A stretch of DNA of 64,000 nt from an uncultured Candidatus Saccharibacteria bacterium (GTDB lineage: Bacteria; Patescibacteriota; Minisyncoccia; Phycocordibacterales; UBA918): contig CAYGLK010000002.1 in the NCBI GenBank assembly GCA_964350985.1, forward strand, positions 165,406 to 229,405, written 5' to 3'. The notes beneath the pieces were generated by a model, which worked only from the letters and a program-made list of their open reading frames with translations, searched no databases and was not told the origin of the DNA. Every line of letters starts with the position of its first letter. Position 1 is the first letter of the stretch. Positions 10,189-19,784 of the stretch are shown one piece after another. Made by a program: the position numbers and the translations under genes.

Positions 10189-11022
10189 TCAGACGGCAAC
10201 ACCTTCGTTCGTTTCAACCACTTCTAGTTCCTTCGGCTGGTCAGGCTTGCGCGTCAGCACCCAAAGGGTAAACATGGAGAGAAGCGGGACCCAAAAAGCA
10301 GTCAACGCCAAACTCGGTTGGTCCATGGCATGATACATGTTTACCAGAAAATATGGTGCGCATGCCAGGAACAAAATGGAAATTACAATACCAAATAGTC
10401 CAGCGAGCTCGTTCCATGGGGAGTCCTTATCACCTGGCCAGTTTTTGCTAAGTGAATAACTTCGATTGAAGATAGCTATGTACGTTATGAAGGAATAAAT
10501 CAACCCCGCCCAGATCAGATATATAATCATAAGTACCTTTTTATTGTATTGAACATAGCTGATTGAACCTTCGGGGTTTATCCACGCCGGAATCGGCTCT
10601 GATACAGCAGCTAGTCCAGCAATGCTTTGCATTTCCCATGGGTAAAGAGCAGGTGCAATATCGATTTCAAACCAAGAAGGAAGGTCATCTATCCAAGTAT
10701 GATTGGAAAGTAGATAAACTGTTCGTCCATCTATTGTGACTTCAATTGCACCTTCCATTGCACTTTTCTTGAGACGAGCTTTCTCTTGATTCAAACGATC
10801 TGCTTTCTTTTTTTTCTGGTCAAAGTACTCTTCCTGCTTCGCTAACTGCGCCTCGTTGAGGTTCGCCGAGTCGTACGGCGGGACAACCAACTCGTCGGGA
10901 ACCACAAATTTCGCTACCAGAAACAAAAGCACCAAGATGATGATTGTCCCCAAAAAGCGAACATTTGCTTCAAGTGTCTCCGGAGACGCTGGGTCTGCTT
11001 TCTCTTCTATTACCTGATTCAT
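10189..11022 (-). CDS. hypothetical membrane protein
   Basis: 277-aa ORF with about 4 hydrophobic segments and a GGGAG SD. Confidence 0.7.
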   Translation of the reverse strand: MNQVIEEKADPASPETLEANVRFLGTIIILVLLFLVAKFVVPDELVVPPYDSANLNEAQLAKQEEYFDQKKKKADRLNQEKARLKKSAMEGAIEVTIDGRTVYLLSNHTWIDDLPSWFEIDIAPALYPWEMQSIAGLAAVSEPIPAWINPEGSISYVQYNKKVLMIIYLIWAGLIYSFITYIAIFNRSYSLSKNWPGDKDSPWNELAGLFGIVISILFLACAPYFLVNMYHAMDQPSLALTAFWVPLLSMFTLWVLTRKPDQPKELEVVETNEGVAV

Positions 11023-11219
11023 GCTTCTCTCCCATTGATTGTGACAGAACGACGAGCGCTTTACTCGTTAAATTGAACGATACAACTTTATAACAATGGT
11101 GTCAATTCAGCCTCGACAGATTTTGTCCGTCTGTTTTATTGACACTACAAATGGCCGTAGTACTGTATTTATATTACCTGCTCTTACCCTTCTGTTCTTT
11201 TCCATACTAGGAGACTCCG

Positions 11220-11552
11220 ATGAAAATCAAAATGGGTCGCCACAGACTCTGGAAGGTTTTTGACAAGGCTGTCACAATCTATTTTTTTGTGGCACTGCTG
11301 CTATCACCCCTTCTGGTAGCCTCATGTGTCACCTTGGTACAGGGCGACTACTTGCCGTGGTACAAGCACCTCACTCTGGCATTCTATATGCCACAAGGAG
11401 TCTGGCTGGCACTAACGGCCTACCTGATAATTCCAACCGAAGAAGATTGGAACTCAAGCTTTAGGAGAGGTCTCAGCCTTGCGTTGGCTCTTACGATCTC
11501 CGTTTTTGGTCTAAGCAATCTGCTGCTGGCGATCATGGAATTCATCAGTTAG
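11220..11552 (+). CDS. hypothetical membrane protein
   Basis: 110 aa, 3 hydrophobic segments, AGGAG SD, TTGACA promoter upstream. Confidence 0.65.
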   Translation: MKIKMGRHRLWKVFDKAVTIYFFVALLLSPLLVASCVTLVQGDYLPWYKHLTLAFYMPQGVWLALTAYLIIPTEEDWNSSFRRGLSLALALTISVFGLSNLLLAIMEFIS

Positions 11553-11680
11553 TTGGAGGAGGGAGAAACTGAGGCCGGGTGTGCATGCACGTCCGGTTTT
11601 TCTTATGTTTATAATTTGAAATCTAAAAGTAATTCCTCATGAAGAGAAATTTTTTAAAAGTTTAATGCTAAACTTTAAGG

Positions 11681-12520
11681 ATGAATTACGTGCGTGTTCT
11701 TTATCTCGCTCTTATCGCTTATGTTGCCACTCTCTTTGGTGACGCGGGAGACATTGGCATCACTGGTTTTTTAATCCCTAGTATCTTGATGGGGATCGGA
11801 GTCGGGATAGATGTTTTTATCGCTACCCTAGTAAAGTATCGCGACACTAACATGTCTTGGAAAAACTGGACTATACCAGTAGTTATCACTCACATTACTT
11901 TTCCAGCCTTTGGGTATTTTATGTTTTGGTCGCTCTCGACCTCTGTTCCAGTAGCTCAGTTTACTCTAGGAATTATTGGGTTTGTCTTGGTGACATTATT
12001 CATCTATGAAGTCATTTGTGAATCAGCTGGCTTAAAACCAATCTTTGGAATTTCTTCTTGGATCGGTTCTTTCTTTGGTTTTAGAGAAAACGACTCTCGA
12101 CTATTTATTACTGTCCTTGTTGTTAGTTGGGACGCTCTCTGGAGTGGACCAGCCAAAGCTGCTCAAGCAAGTGCTGGAGCGTGGTCAAATTTTGAGGTCG
12201 GGCTTTCATTTGCTATTGCTGGACTGGTAGTAGCTATAGTTGCTGAAGTTGCTCTATTTTTAGCTCACTACCTGCGAACCAAAAATTTCAAAAACCCTAT
12301 CTCAATGTCACGTTTTAATATTGTTGGAAAATATATTGAGTTATCAGTTATTGGTGGCTTTGGAGTTCTCTCTCTTTGGAATAGTTTCTCTAACGAAGCC
12401 AACTTATATCAATCAATCATCATCTCTAGTCTAATACTTCTTATTATTTTTATAATCATCCTCCAACCACTCTGGAATAGACAAATCAAAGAAGCCAGAA
12501 CGGCACTCAAATCTAAATAA
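11681..12520 (+). CDS. MntP/LysE-like multi-pass membrane protein
   Basis: Repeated TM motifs GVGIDVF and VVSWDAL with a conserved His (ITHITFP). Confidence 0.55.
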   Translation: MNYVRVLYLALIAYVATLFGDAGDIGITGFLIPSILMGIGVGIDVFIATLVKYRDTNMSWKNWTIPVVITHITFPAFGYFMFWSLSTSVPVAQFTLGIIGFVLVTLFIYEVICESAGLKPIFGISSWIGSFFGFRENDSRLFITVLVVSWDALWSGPAKAAQASAGAWSNFEVGLSFAIAGLVVAIVAEVALFLAHYLRTKNFKNPISMSRFNIVGKYIELSVIGGFGVLSLWNSFSNEANLYQSIIISSLILLIIFIIILQPLWNRQIKEARTALKSK

Positions 12521-12646
12521 AACCCTTATTCACAAGCTTGACTTATAGTCAAGCTTGTGCTACTGTCTCGAAGCAAATCGAAATTGCTGTACATCTTGTT
12601 CTTCGAAAACTAAGTAGAGGAACCATAACCGCGGGAGTTACAAACC

Positions 12647-12736
12647 ATGAAGATTTGGAAGACCGCCTGCACGGCACTTGCCGTGTCCTGGGACGAGCTT
12701 TTGCTCTCCCTCAACATCCGCACAACCGAGGGGTAA
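12647..12736 (+). CDS. 29-aa small ORF MKIWKTACTALAVSWDELLLSLNIRTTEG
   Basis: Own promoter, GGGAG SD, stop 3 nt before the next ATG; not in the ORF track. Confidence 0.5.
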   Translation: MKIWKTACTALAVSWDELLLSLNIRTTEG

Positions 12737-12739
12737 GTC

Positions 12740-13603
12740 ATGAATCTCATCGATGTTTTGTCCATCATTGGACTCGCCATCGCTGTGGGTGTTGGTGTCT
12801 CGATGGACGTCAGCGGCTACAACATCTCGATGGCGGGGAACAGGGAATACTCTGAAGCTCCAATCAGACGCTCCCTGTTTCACGCCTTCTGGCACGGCCT
12901 GTTCCTTTCTCTTGGAATTGGTCTGATTACAGCTGTTGGAGCCATCTTCGAGCACCTGCTGATCAAGTACAACCTCGGCTGGATTTTCGAGTGGATTTCC
13001 AACATCCTTGCTTGGCTTCATCCAAGCCAAGTCGTGGTTTGGATTCTGGCCATTGTGGGCATCGGGCTTTGGACCAAGCTCTATTATGACAAGCTCCGCG
13101 GCGAAGGCGGTGACGAACACGTCCCAGGATGGCTGAAGTGGTTTCTGACCCTCTTCAAAGTTCCCATCACTCAAATGATGTTCGTTCTCGTCGCCGTCGA
13201 CATGTGGTTTCTGACACCACTGATCAAGGCCTTGATCGAGATGTACACCATCGCTGGGAAGGCCATGTTTGTTGCGTTCGTATTCGCAACTGTGTTCACT
13301 TGCAGCATGATATCGATCAAGTACGGGCAGCGATTCCTCAAGAGCGGGAACGTGAAGGCGTTGTTTTTCTGGTTGGTGGCGCTCGTGTTTATTGAGCCGC
13401 TGATTACCGGTTACTTCGGCGGGCGTACAGCCTACTGGGCACTTACCGGAACCTGGGACAACAACGTATCTCTCATTCTTTTCTCGGCGGTGATTGTGAT
13501 GATCTTGTCAATTGGCAAGTTCGCAGGGATCGTCGAGGACAAGTGGGACGAAGCCAACGAAGCAGTCCACGGAAAACCGCAGGAACCTGAAGCGGCAGCG
13601 TAG
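12740..13603 (+). CDS. second MntP/LysE-like multi-pass membrane protein
   Basis: AVGVGVSMDVSG...HAFWH and VAVDMW repeat motifs; visibly more GC-rich than its neighbour. Confidence 0.5.
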   Translation: MNLIDVLSIIGLAIAVGVGVSMDVSGYNISMAGNREYSEAPIRRSLFHAFWHGLFLSLGIGLITAVGAIFEHLLIKYNLGWIFEWISNILAWLHPSQVVVWILAIVGIGLWTKLYYDKLRGEGGDEHVPGWLKWFLTLFKVPITQMMFVLVAVDMWFLTPLIKALIEMYTIAGKAMFVAFVFATVFTCSMISIKYGQRFLKSGNVKALFFWLVALVFIEPLITGYFGGRTAYWALTGTWDNNVSLILFSAVIVMILSIGKFAGIVEDKWDEANEAVHGKPQEPEAAA

Positions 13604-13796
13604 AACATCGCTGCAGAAGAACTGAGCACCCCCCGGCCAATGCGGCTGGGGGGATTTTGTATTGAAATATTAAGAGTTTTGGAGTGAAGAAAAAAGCGCG
13701 ACCGTAGGTCGCGCTTTTTCTTTATATCTTTTTCAGCTTTACCAAAAAATAAAACCTTTCAGTTAACTGAAAGGTTTTATTTTCGACTTCTTGTAC

Positions 13797-15278
13797 TTAT
13801 TTAGACTTTTTAGCGAGATCCAAAGTCTCGTCAATGCGGATTTGTTCCACAAAGTCTGCCACGTGAGAAACCAAAATCATCGCGCCTTTATAATCATGTA
13901 AAGCTTGAGCAATCACTGGAATGTGACGGAAGTTAATGTGGTTGGTTGGCTCGTCTAAAATCAACAGCCCTGGTTTTTCCATTGTTAGTTTTGCAAAAGC
14001 GACTAAACCTTTTTGTCCTTCAGAGAGGTTACCTACTTTAGTCTTCATCACGTCACCGAAAAGCAGGAAGCCGGCAGCAATAGAGCGCATCTCCTCCTCC
14101 AACTTTCTTTGCATTGAGTCCATCAACGTTTCAAACACTGTTTTATCAAAATCTAAGTTAGAGAAGTCTTGGCGGTAGTAACCGATCTTTACTCCTGGAG
14201 CAATATGCTCCCCTTCTGCATGACCTGAAGCTAGTCGTTCAAGCAAGGTTGTCTTACCAATTCCATTTGGACCAACAATACGCAAGTGTGTACCTCGTTT
14301 CAAAACCAAGTCACACTCCACCTCTTTTGGTTCGTGGTTTTTTATCACTTGGTACGAAGTAAGTTTTACCACTTCAAGTGGTACGTCTCCATGCGGTTCA
14401 ATCGTAAATGGCCGGATAGTTTTATCTTCACGACGGACATCAACCTTGTTTTCTTCTGCTTCTTCTACTTCGTCACGCATTCGCTTGGCTACCAAACGCA
14501 TCTTTCCTCCCTTGTTGGAAAAGTAGTTAATCTTGTCTTTGTTGGCTTGGATCTCTTTAGCTAATCTAGCGTTTTCCCGTTGCTCCTTTTCTACTTGAGC
14601 GGCAATATCTTTTACCACAGCGTGATAGTTACCGTTATATTGTTCTACCTGACGTCGTTGCGTATTGAGATAAAGTACTCCTTGAGTAAATGAGTTCAAA
14701 AAGTCTGAATCGTGAGAAATAACCAAAACTGTCTTATTGTATTCCTTAAGGAAAGTGGTCAGGTGCTCAATACCAGCCACATCAAGATTGTTGGTTGGCT
14801 CATCAAGGAGTAGGACGTCTGGCTTTTGAATCAAAGCCTGGGCTAGAAGCAGACGCGCTTGTTGCCCTCCAGAAAAACTACCGATGATTCGATCTTTGAA
14901 AGTCTCGCGCTGCTTTTCAGTTGGAGTAAGGTTTACTACTTCCAAGACATCCTCAATCTTTGGGTCAATATCATAAATCTTCTCTTCAAAACATTTTTCG
15001 AAAAATTCTCGGACTGTTAGTTTTAGTTCTGGACGAGGAATGATCTGGCGAGCGATCGCGATAGTAGTCCGCGGTTCAATATTAATATCTCCATCATCAG
15101 CATGACGGTCTCTAGTAATAAGAGAAAAGATTGTACTTTTACCAGCGCCGTTTTGCCCCATCAGAGTCAGTTTGGCGCCACGACGCACTACAAAGTTGGC
15201 CTCTTTTAAGATTGGCCTAGTTGCGTCGTACTCGTACGAAACATTTTTAAAAACAATAATTCCATCGCTGCGTGACAT
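13797..15278 (-). CDS. ABC-F family ATPase
   Basis: Two Walker A motifs (GQNGAGKS, GPNGIGKT), two LDEPTN motifs, no TM segments. Confidence 0.92.
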   Translation of the reverse strand: MSRSDGIIVFKNVSYEYDATRPILKEANFVVRRGAKLTLMGQNGAGKSTIFSLITRDRHADDGDINIEPRTTIAIARQIIPRPELKLTVREFFEKCFEEKIYDIDPKIEDVLEVVNLTPTEKQRETFKDRIIGSFSGGQQARLLLAQALIQKPDVLLLDEPTNNLDVAGIEHLTTFLKEYNKTVLVISHDSDFLNSFTQGVLYLNTQRRQVEQYNGNYHAVVKDIAAQVEKEQRENARLAKEIQANKDKINYFSNKGGKMRLVAKRMRDEVEEAEENKVDVRREDKTIRPFTIEPHGDVPLEVVKLTSYQVIKNHEPKEVECDLVLKRGTHLRIVGPNGIGKTTLLERLASGHAEGEHIAPGVKIGYYRQDFSNLDFDKTVFETLMDSMQRKLEEEMRSIAAGFLLFGDVMKTKVGNLSEGQKGLVAFAKLTMEKPGLLILDEPTNHINFRHIPVIAQALHDYKGAMILVSHVADFVEQIRIDETLDLAKKSK

Positions 15279-15339
15279 AGGCAACTACCATACACTATTT
15301 TTAAGTGAGATGTAAGTCTAAAGCTCAAATAGAGGTAAC

Positions 15340-15639
15340 TTAATCCTCAACATGCTTACCCCACTGCCACTTTGGTTTTTCTCCCTTCCAATACGAAATA
15401 AAGATCAGAATGAGAGTTAGCAATATAATTGGCGCAAAAAAATCTTTTTTTATTTCAGACAGGCTCATTTCTTCATTTAATTTTGAAGCGAAGTACACAA
15501 CCCCGATCAGATATCCAAATACTACCAACCACCCCTGGTAACGCGCCGGAGTCCAGCCCCAACCATACAGCTTTCTCTTAAACCAATAGCCTTTCGGATT
15601 ATCTTTTAGGTACTGAGCGTAGTCTCTAATGATTTTCAT
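15340..15639 (-). CDS. small membrane protein (WFKRKxYGWGWTP motif)
   Basis: 99 aa, aromatic N-terminal motif, 2 TM segments. Confidence 0.75.
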   Translation of the reverse strand: MKIIRDYAQYLKDNPKGYWFKRKLYGWGWTPARYQGWLVVFGYLIGVVYFASKLNEEMSLSEIKKDFFAPIILLTLILIFISYWKGEKPKWQWGKHVED

Positions 15640-15713
15640 ATAATTTATTATGCGCTTAGTTAATAAAAATTCAAGTATTATAAAAAATAGCAGTCATAAA
15701 TGACTGCTATTTT

Positions 15714-15782
15714 TTATTTCTTTTCACCCTTGTCTTTCTTTGGCTTCTTCTTTTCTTTACGCATGTCCTGACCCTTAGCCAT
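15714..15782 (-). CDS. 22-aa lysine-rich small protein MAKGQDMRKEKKKPKKDKGEKK
   Basis: Manual translation; TGCTATAAT promoter upstream and hairpin terminator directly downstream. Confidence 0.6.
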   Translation of the reverse strand: MAKGQDMRKEKKKPKKDKGEKK

Positions 15783-15842
15783 AATGCTTTTGTCTTATGT
15801 AATAAAAACCAATATCTATATTATAGCAAAGCTCTATAATTA

Positions 15843-16430
15843 TTAGTTGAAGAGGATGGGTATTTCTAGGGCGTCGTCATTTTCTGGCAAACCGGATGGG
15901 TTATCCTTGTGTAGAATCAAAGTTCCCCTTTTCATGAACTCAGGATCCCCTTCATTATATGGAGAAACAAATTCTAGCTGAGTGCTAAAAGGTACAAATT
16001 CCTCAGTCATCCAATCTCCGGCCGCAGTTGCAAAGCCTTCAGCAATAATTAGCCCATCCCAGTTAGTAAGTACTATCGGGAAGCTAGCTTCGAAGTACCA
16101 GTAACCGCGAGCCTGTCCGCTAATAGTTTGCGGGGATTCAATTTTTCCGTTCGGGACTGGAGTATCTAATCTAATTAGATCACTTTTAGAATCAATGTGT
16201 GCTTGTATATCAGCCTCTACTTCTGGTAAAGCTGGGCAGACAAATTCACAATTTGGACCAGTACGTCCCACATAAGATCCATCCGGACACATCATCGCGT
16301 CCATTGTACAAGCGACAGCATCGTCCTCGGACGGCAGAGGTCCAACCACTTCAGTTCTAGGTGAAATAAAAAACTGCAGCAAAGCGAGCACCACTGCTAA
16401 ACCAATCAAAATATATATTGCTTTTATCAT
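15843..16430 (-). CDS. membrane-anchored Gmad2-type Ig-like domain protein
   Basis: N-terminal TM, ACTMDAMMCPDGSYVGRTGPNCEF, GQARGYWYFEASFP, DNPSGLPE. Confidence 0.8.
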   Translation of the reverse strand: MIKAIYILIGLAVVLALLQFFISPRTEVVGPLPSEDDAVACTMDAMMCPDGSYVGRTGPNCEFVCPALPEVEADIQAHIDSKSDLIRLDTPVPNGKIESPQTISGQARGYWYFEASFPIVLTNWDGLIIAEGFATAAGDWMTEEFVPFSTQLEFVSPYNEGDPEFMKRGTLILHKDNPSGLPENDDALEIPILFN

Positions 16431-16673
16431 ATTAAATATTATAGCAAACTAGCCTAATAAAAGAGACAGAAATCTCTTTGTCGAAACCGTCGCTCCAGCA
16501 AAATCTTCATAGACGACTATCTACGCGTTCCCTAAGGAGCTTGGTTTTTCAATATTTCTAAGAGATTTTAGCTATTTCACAGCTATTATTTGACCGTAAA
16601 ATTTTAATATGTTTAGATGCCTGTTGGTTAGCTCTTTATGTGACCTGTTTCATCAACTTCCCCTTTTGCTTTT

Positions 16674-17246
16674 TTGGAGTGTCGCGTGTCAGAAGATACG
16701 GCTGCAACAATTCATCCCAAATCACTTTCAGGAGTAACGTCTGCTTGGGCAGGCCTGGTCTGGATATGCGTGGTGATAGCAATCATCGCGTTACATATCT
16801 ACATTGCAAATGATGTCACTCTTTTACTAGCAGGTACTTTGATCTTGGTATTTTCTGGTATCCTCGTAGTCTCAGCACTCACCAGTAAGCTGAACTCCAG
16901 TCAGCTGGAAGGCTGCATTGAGTACTTGACTCATCTTTCGATGGCACAAGGACTAGTGATCAATCACCTGTCTGACTTGCCAAGCGAAGAAGAGTTGGCT
17001 AAAGCCTTAAAGCCCCTGATCATCTGCTTCCACCTTTTCACAAATCCGAGCTTGCTCAAGAGACATGTTTCTCTGCAGAACAAGGTAATCAGGGATATCA
17101 TCTATTGGGAACTTCACCAAATGCGGGAGGAGGCAGAAGAGGTTTATAACAACCCCAAAAAGGATGAGTCGACAAGGATAACGGCCGGCGACAAGATCTA
17201 CAATCTCAATAAACTGATGGAGGTTCTCTCTCCGACGGTGAAGTGA
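16674..17246 (+). CDS. hypothetical membrane protein (start uncertain)
   Basis: 190-aa ORF with 2 TM segments and a terminator-like hairpin downstream. Confidence 0.6.
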   Translation: MECRVSEDTAATIHPKSLSGVTSAWAGLVWICVVIAIIALHIYIANDVTLLLAGTLILVFSGILVVSALTSKLNSSQLEGCIEYLTHLSMAQGLVINHLSDLPSEEELAKALKPLIICFHLFTNPSLLKRHVSLQNKVIRDIIYWELHQMREEAEEVYNNPKKDESTRITAGDKIYNLNKLMEVLSPTVK

Positions 17247-17438
17247 GGCCAGCAGTCGTCGCCGATTAAGTTCGCGCCCCCAGGGCGCGAATATTTTTAT
17301 ATTAAAAATAGAAAAGACCCGAGTGGGACACTAGTCAAGTAAATTTTAAATAACATTTGTAGTGACTGAGATTTTCTAAACGAGACAAAGCAAAAGGCCG
17401 GAAAATTTGTGAGCTGTACTAATTAAATAGGTAAATTT

Positions 17439-17545
17439 TATTTTGAAATGAAGTACGAGGCGAATAACAAAAAAGCCGCGAGGCGTACTGAACGTACGAC
17501 GAGCGGCTTTTTCTGTGTATTCAACGAAGTAATTCGTTCAAAATA
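17439..17545. repeat. long imperfect palindrome directly downstream of rpsG
   Basis: TATTTTGAA...AAAAAGCCGC-GAGGCGTAC-TGAAC-GTACGACGA-GCGGCTTTTT...CAACGAAG...TTCAAAATA. Confidence 0.65.
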
Positions 17546-17548
17546 GGT

Positions 17549-18019
17549 TTACCAAGCGAAGTGGGCAAAGGCTCGGTTAGCCTCAGCCATCTTGTGAGTA
17601 TCTTCCTTCTTCTTCACTGCATTTCCTTCTTCCTTAGCAGCTAGCTTAAGTTCTTGAGCTAGAGCTTTGTGCATTGGCACGCCTTTTTGATTTCGTGCTC
17701 CAGCAATGATCCATCGTAGGGCCAAAGCCATTCGGCGCTCTGGTCTCACTTCTCGTGGAACCTGGTAGTTTGCTCCACCAACTCGACGTGAACGCACTTC
17801 CATCATTGGACCAGCGTTTCGGAGAGCAGTGTTGAATACTTCCAAAGGATCACCTCCTTCTTTATCATTCTTGATTTCTTCAAATGCACCGTAGACAATC
17901 TTGCGCGCAGTTTCTTTTTGACCACGAAGCATGATGTAGTTGATCAGTCGTTCTACTTCGACAGACTGATGAACAATATCAGGATTTACTACAGGACGTT
18001 TTTTAATTGGACGTCGCAT
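17549..18019 (-). CDS. rpsG: 30S ribosomal protein S7
   Basis: [28 protein letters not shown]. Confidence 0.99.
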   Translation of the reverse strand: MRRPIKKRPVVNPDIVHQSVEVERLINYIMLRGQKETARKIVYGAFEEIKNDKEGGDPLEVFNTALRNAGPMMEVRSRRVGGANYQVPREVRPERRMALALRWIIAGARNQKGVPMHKALAQELKLAAKEEGNAVKKKEDTHKMAEANRAFAHFAW

Positions 18020-18203
18020 AAATTTTAAATTAATTGATTCTTAAGGGTCTTGCTACGACATTAAGAATGAGGAGTGTGTATGACATTCTCATTCTTCGCA
18101 TAATTTGATTCCGAAGCTTTTTAGGCTTGAATCGCATCCGTTATCTGTAGCGAATATAAACTATTTGTAATTGCTCTTACTTCAAGTAGCAGGTAACCCT
18201 GGA

Positions 18204-18611
18204 CTACTTAGGCTTCTTCGCACCGTAGCGCGAACGTCCCATTCGTCGCTCCGCAACTCCAGTAGCATCGTACTTTCCTCGAACAATAGTGTATTGCACA
18301 CCAATGTCCTTTACGCGTCCACCTCGAACCAAAACCACTGAGTGCTCTTGCAAGGTATGCTTGATACCAGGAATGTAAGCAGTGATTTCTTGACCGTTAC
18401 TTAGTCGTACTCGGGCAATCTTTCGAATCGCTGAGTTCGGCTTTCGCGGAGTCTTAGTAGTAACACGAGTACAAACGCCACGTTTAAATGGAGAGTTGTA
18501 AGAGTTTGGCCGATTCTCGATTTTGTTAAATCCAGTATGCAAAGCCCCAGTCTTACTCTTCTTCACTGGATCGCGTCGCTTCTTTCTTGTTAATTGTTGT
18601 ATTGTTGCCAT
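18204..18611 (-). CDS. rpsL: 30S ribosomal protein S12
   Basis: MATIQQL start, [47 protein letters not shown]. Confidence 0.98.
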   Translation of the reverse strand: MATIQQLTRKKRRDPVKKSKTGALHTGFNKIENRPNSYNSPFKRGVCTRVTTKTPRKPNSAIRKIARVRLSNGQEITAYIPGIKHTLQEHSVVLVRGGRVKDIGVQYTIVRGKYDATGVAERRMGRSRYGAKKPK

Positions 18612-18743
18612 AAAGCTCGCATACAATACTATAACTAGCTTTTTTTGCAACCATTAGAGCCCCTCATCAAGGTTCGACCTTGATATAAATAATATCTCGT
18701 AAGCAGAGCAGACCGCCTCAAACACCAAAACAAAAAGTTATAC

Positions 18744-19697
18744 TTACTTGGCCACGAATAGATACCGAAAGCGTCTGTTTGGCTTGTTCCACTCGATCCA
18801 GTAATCACCTGCGTTAAGGCGGCGCTTGCCGTCATCATCACAATAAAGACGCGGGGTTTTAATCTCGCTGTCCAAAATACTGTTGCTGCAAAGCCATTCA
18901 TTACGCTTTTTATTGAGATCTGGTCTTTGTATACCTAAGGCTACTAATTCAGCAAATGTAAGTGCGCGATAACCAGCTTGGTCCATGTCAGCAACTAACC
19001 GTTCTTGCTCTTCTGGATTAGTTTGATACAACCCGTTTGATATTCTTTCAAAATCTGTAATCTCATAATCGATAAACAGGACATCAAAAGTAATGTTCGC
19101 AGGTGGGTTCCAGGGGATGTTTTGGAGTTCACTACGAACCGCTGCTGGTGAAGCGTTGTCAGCTGCCATGAAGGCTCCTTTAGCTGTCTCCCAGTCCTTC
19201 AATTGTCTTTTTAGTTCCCGGGATATTTCAATAGTGACTATTCCTCCTTCAAAGCTTGTGTCTAATGTAGCTGGAGTACCGAGTTCTTTCAATTTATTTA
19301 TTACATTAAACCTACTTACGCCTCTGAGATTTTCCTGTAAAGAATCTAAATGATCTTGCTTAATGAAATCAGGTAGAGCATCTTTTTTTAAGTTCTTAAA
19401 GTGTGCTAGTAATTGCAGCCAGAGCTCACTAAACTCATGTTTTTGTTTATCAGTAAATTGAAGAGATTCGTATATTTCATTGCTTTTAATCTTACATTCG
19501 TCCAAAACCGCAGATGCTCTATCCATTATTGCTTGAAACTTTTCTTCCTCCTGCTCAACTAACTCTCTTGCCTGCGCCCTAAACACTTCTCCAGGTATCA
19601 TTAAATTGTCAATTTCTGCATCAAAATCATCGGCTTTTGCCTCATCTTTAAAAGAAGCAAACGATTTATAAGGTTTTTCTCCAGATTCATTTCCCAT
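18744..19697 (-). CDS. hypothetical protein
   Basis: 317-aa ORF, TATAAT just upstream, no recognised motif. Confidence 0.75.
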   Translation of the reverse strand: MGNESGEKPYKSFASFKDEAKADDFDAEIDNLMIPGEVFRAQARELVEQEEEKFQAIMDRASAVLDECKIKSNEIYESLQFTDKQKHEFSELWLQLLAHFKNLKKDALPDFIKQDHLDSLQENLRGVSRFNVINKLKELGTPATLDTSFEGGIVTIEISRELKRQLKDWETAKGAFMAADNASPAAVRSELQNIPWNPPANITFDVLFIDYEITDFERISNGLYQTNPEEQERLVADMDQAGYRALTFAELVALGIQRPDLNKKRNEWLCSNSILDSEIKTPRLYCDDDGKRRLNAGDYWIEWNKPNRRFRYLFVAK

Positions 19698-19784
19698 ATT
19701 TAAAATAGTTACTAAAATTATACCAAAGCAACTACAGATGTATAGCCTAATAGATAAATGCCACTTTAAAATGTTCTTGTCGCT

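Noticed and set aside
12540-12740. yybP-ykoY manganese riboswitch upstream of the MntP-like gene
   Set aside because: I cannot find the characteristic conserved loops by eye; an Rfam scan would settle it.
7927-17246. Prophage or ICE in the rpsG-fusA gap
   Set aside because: No integrase, structural, replication or conjugation genes are recognisable.
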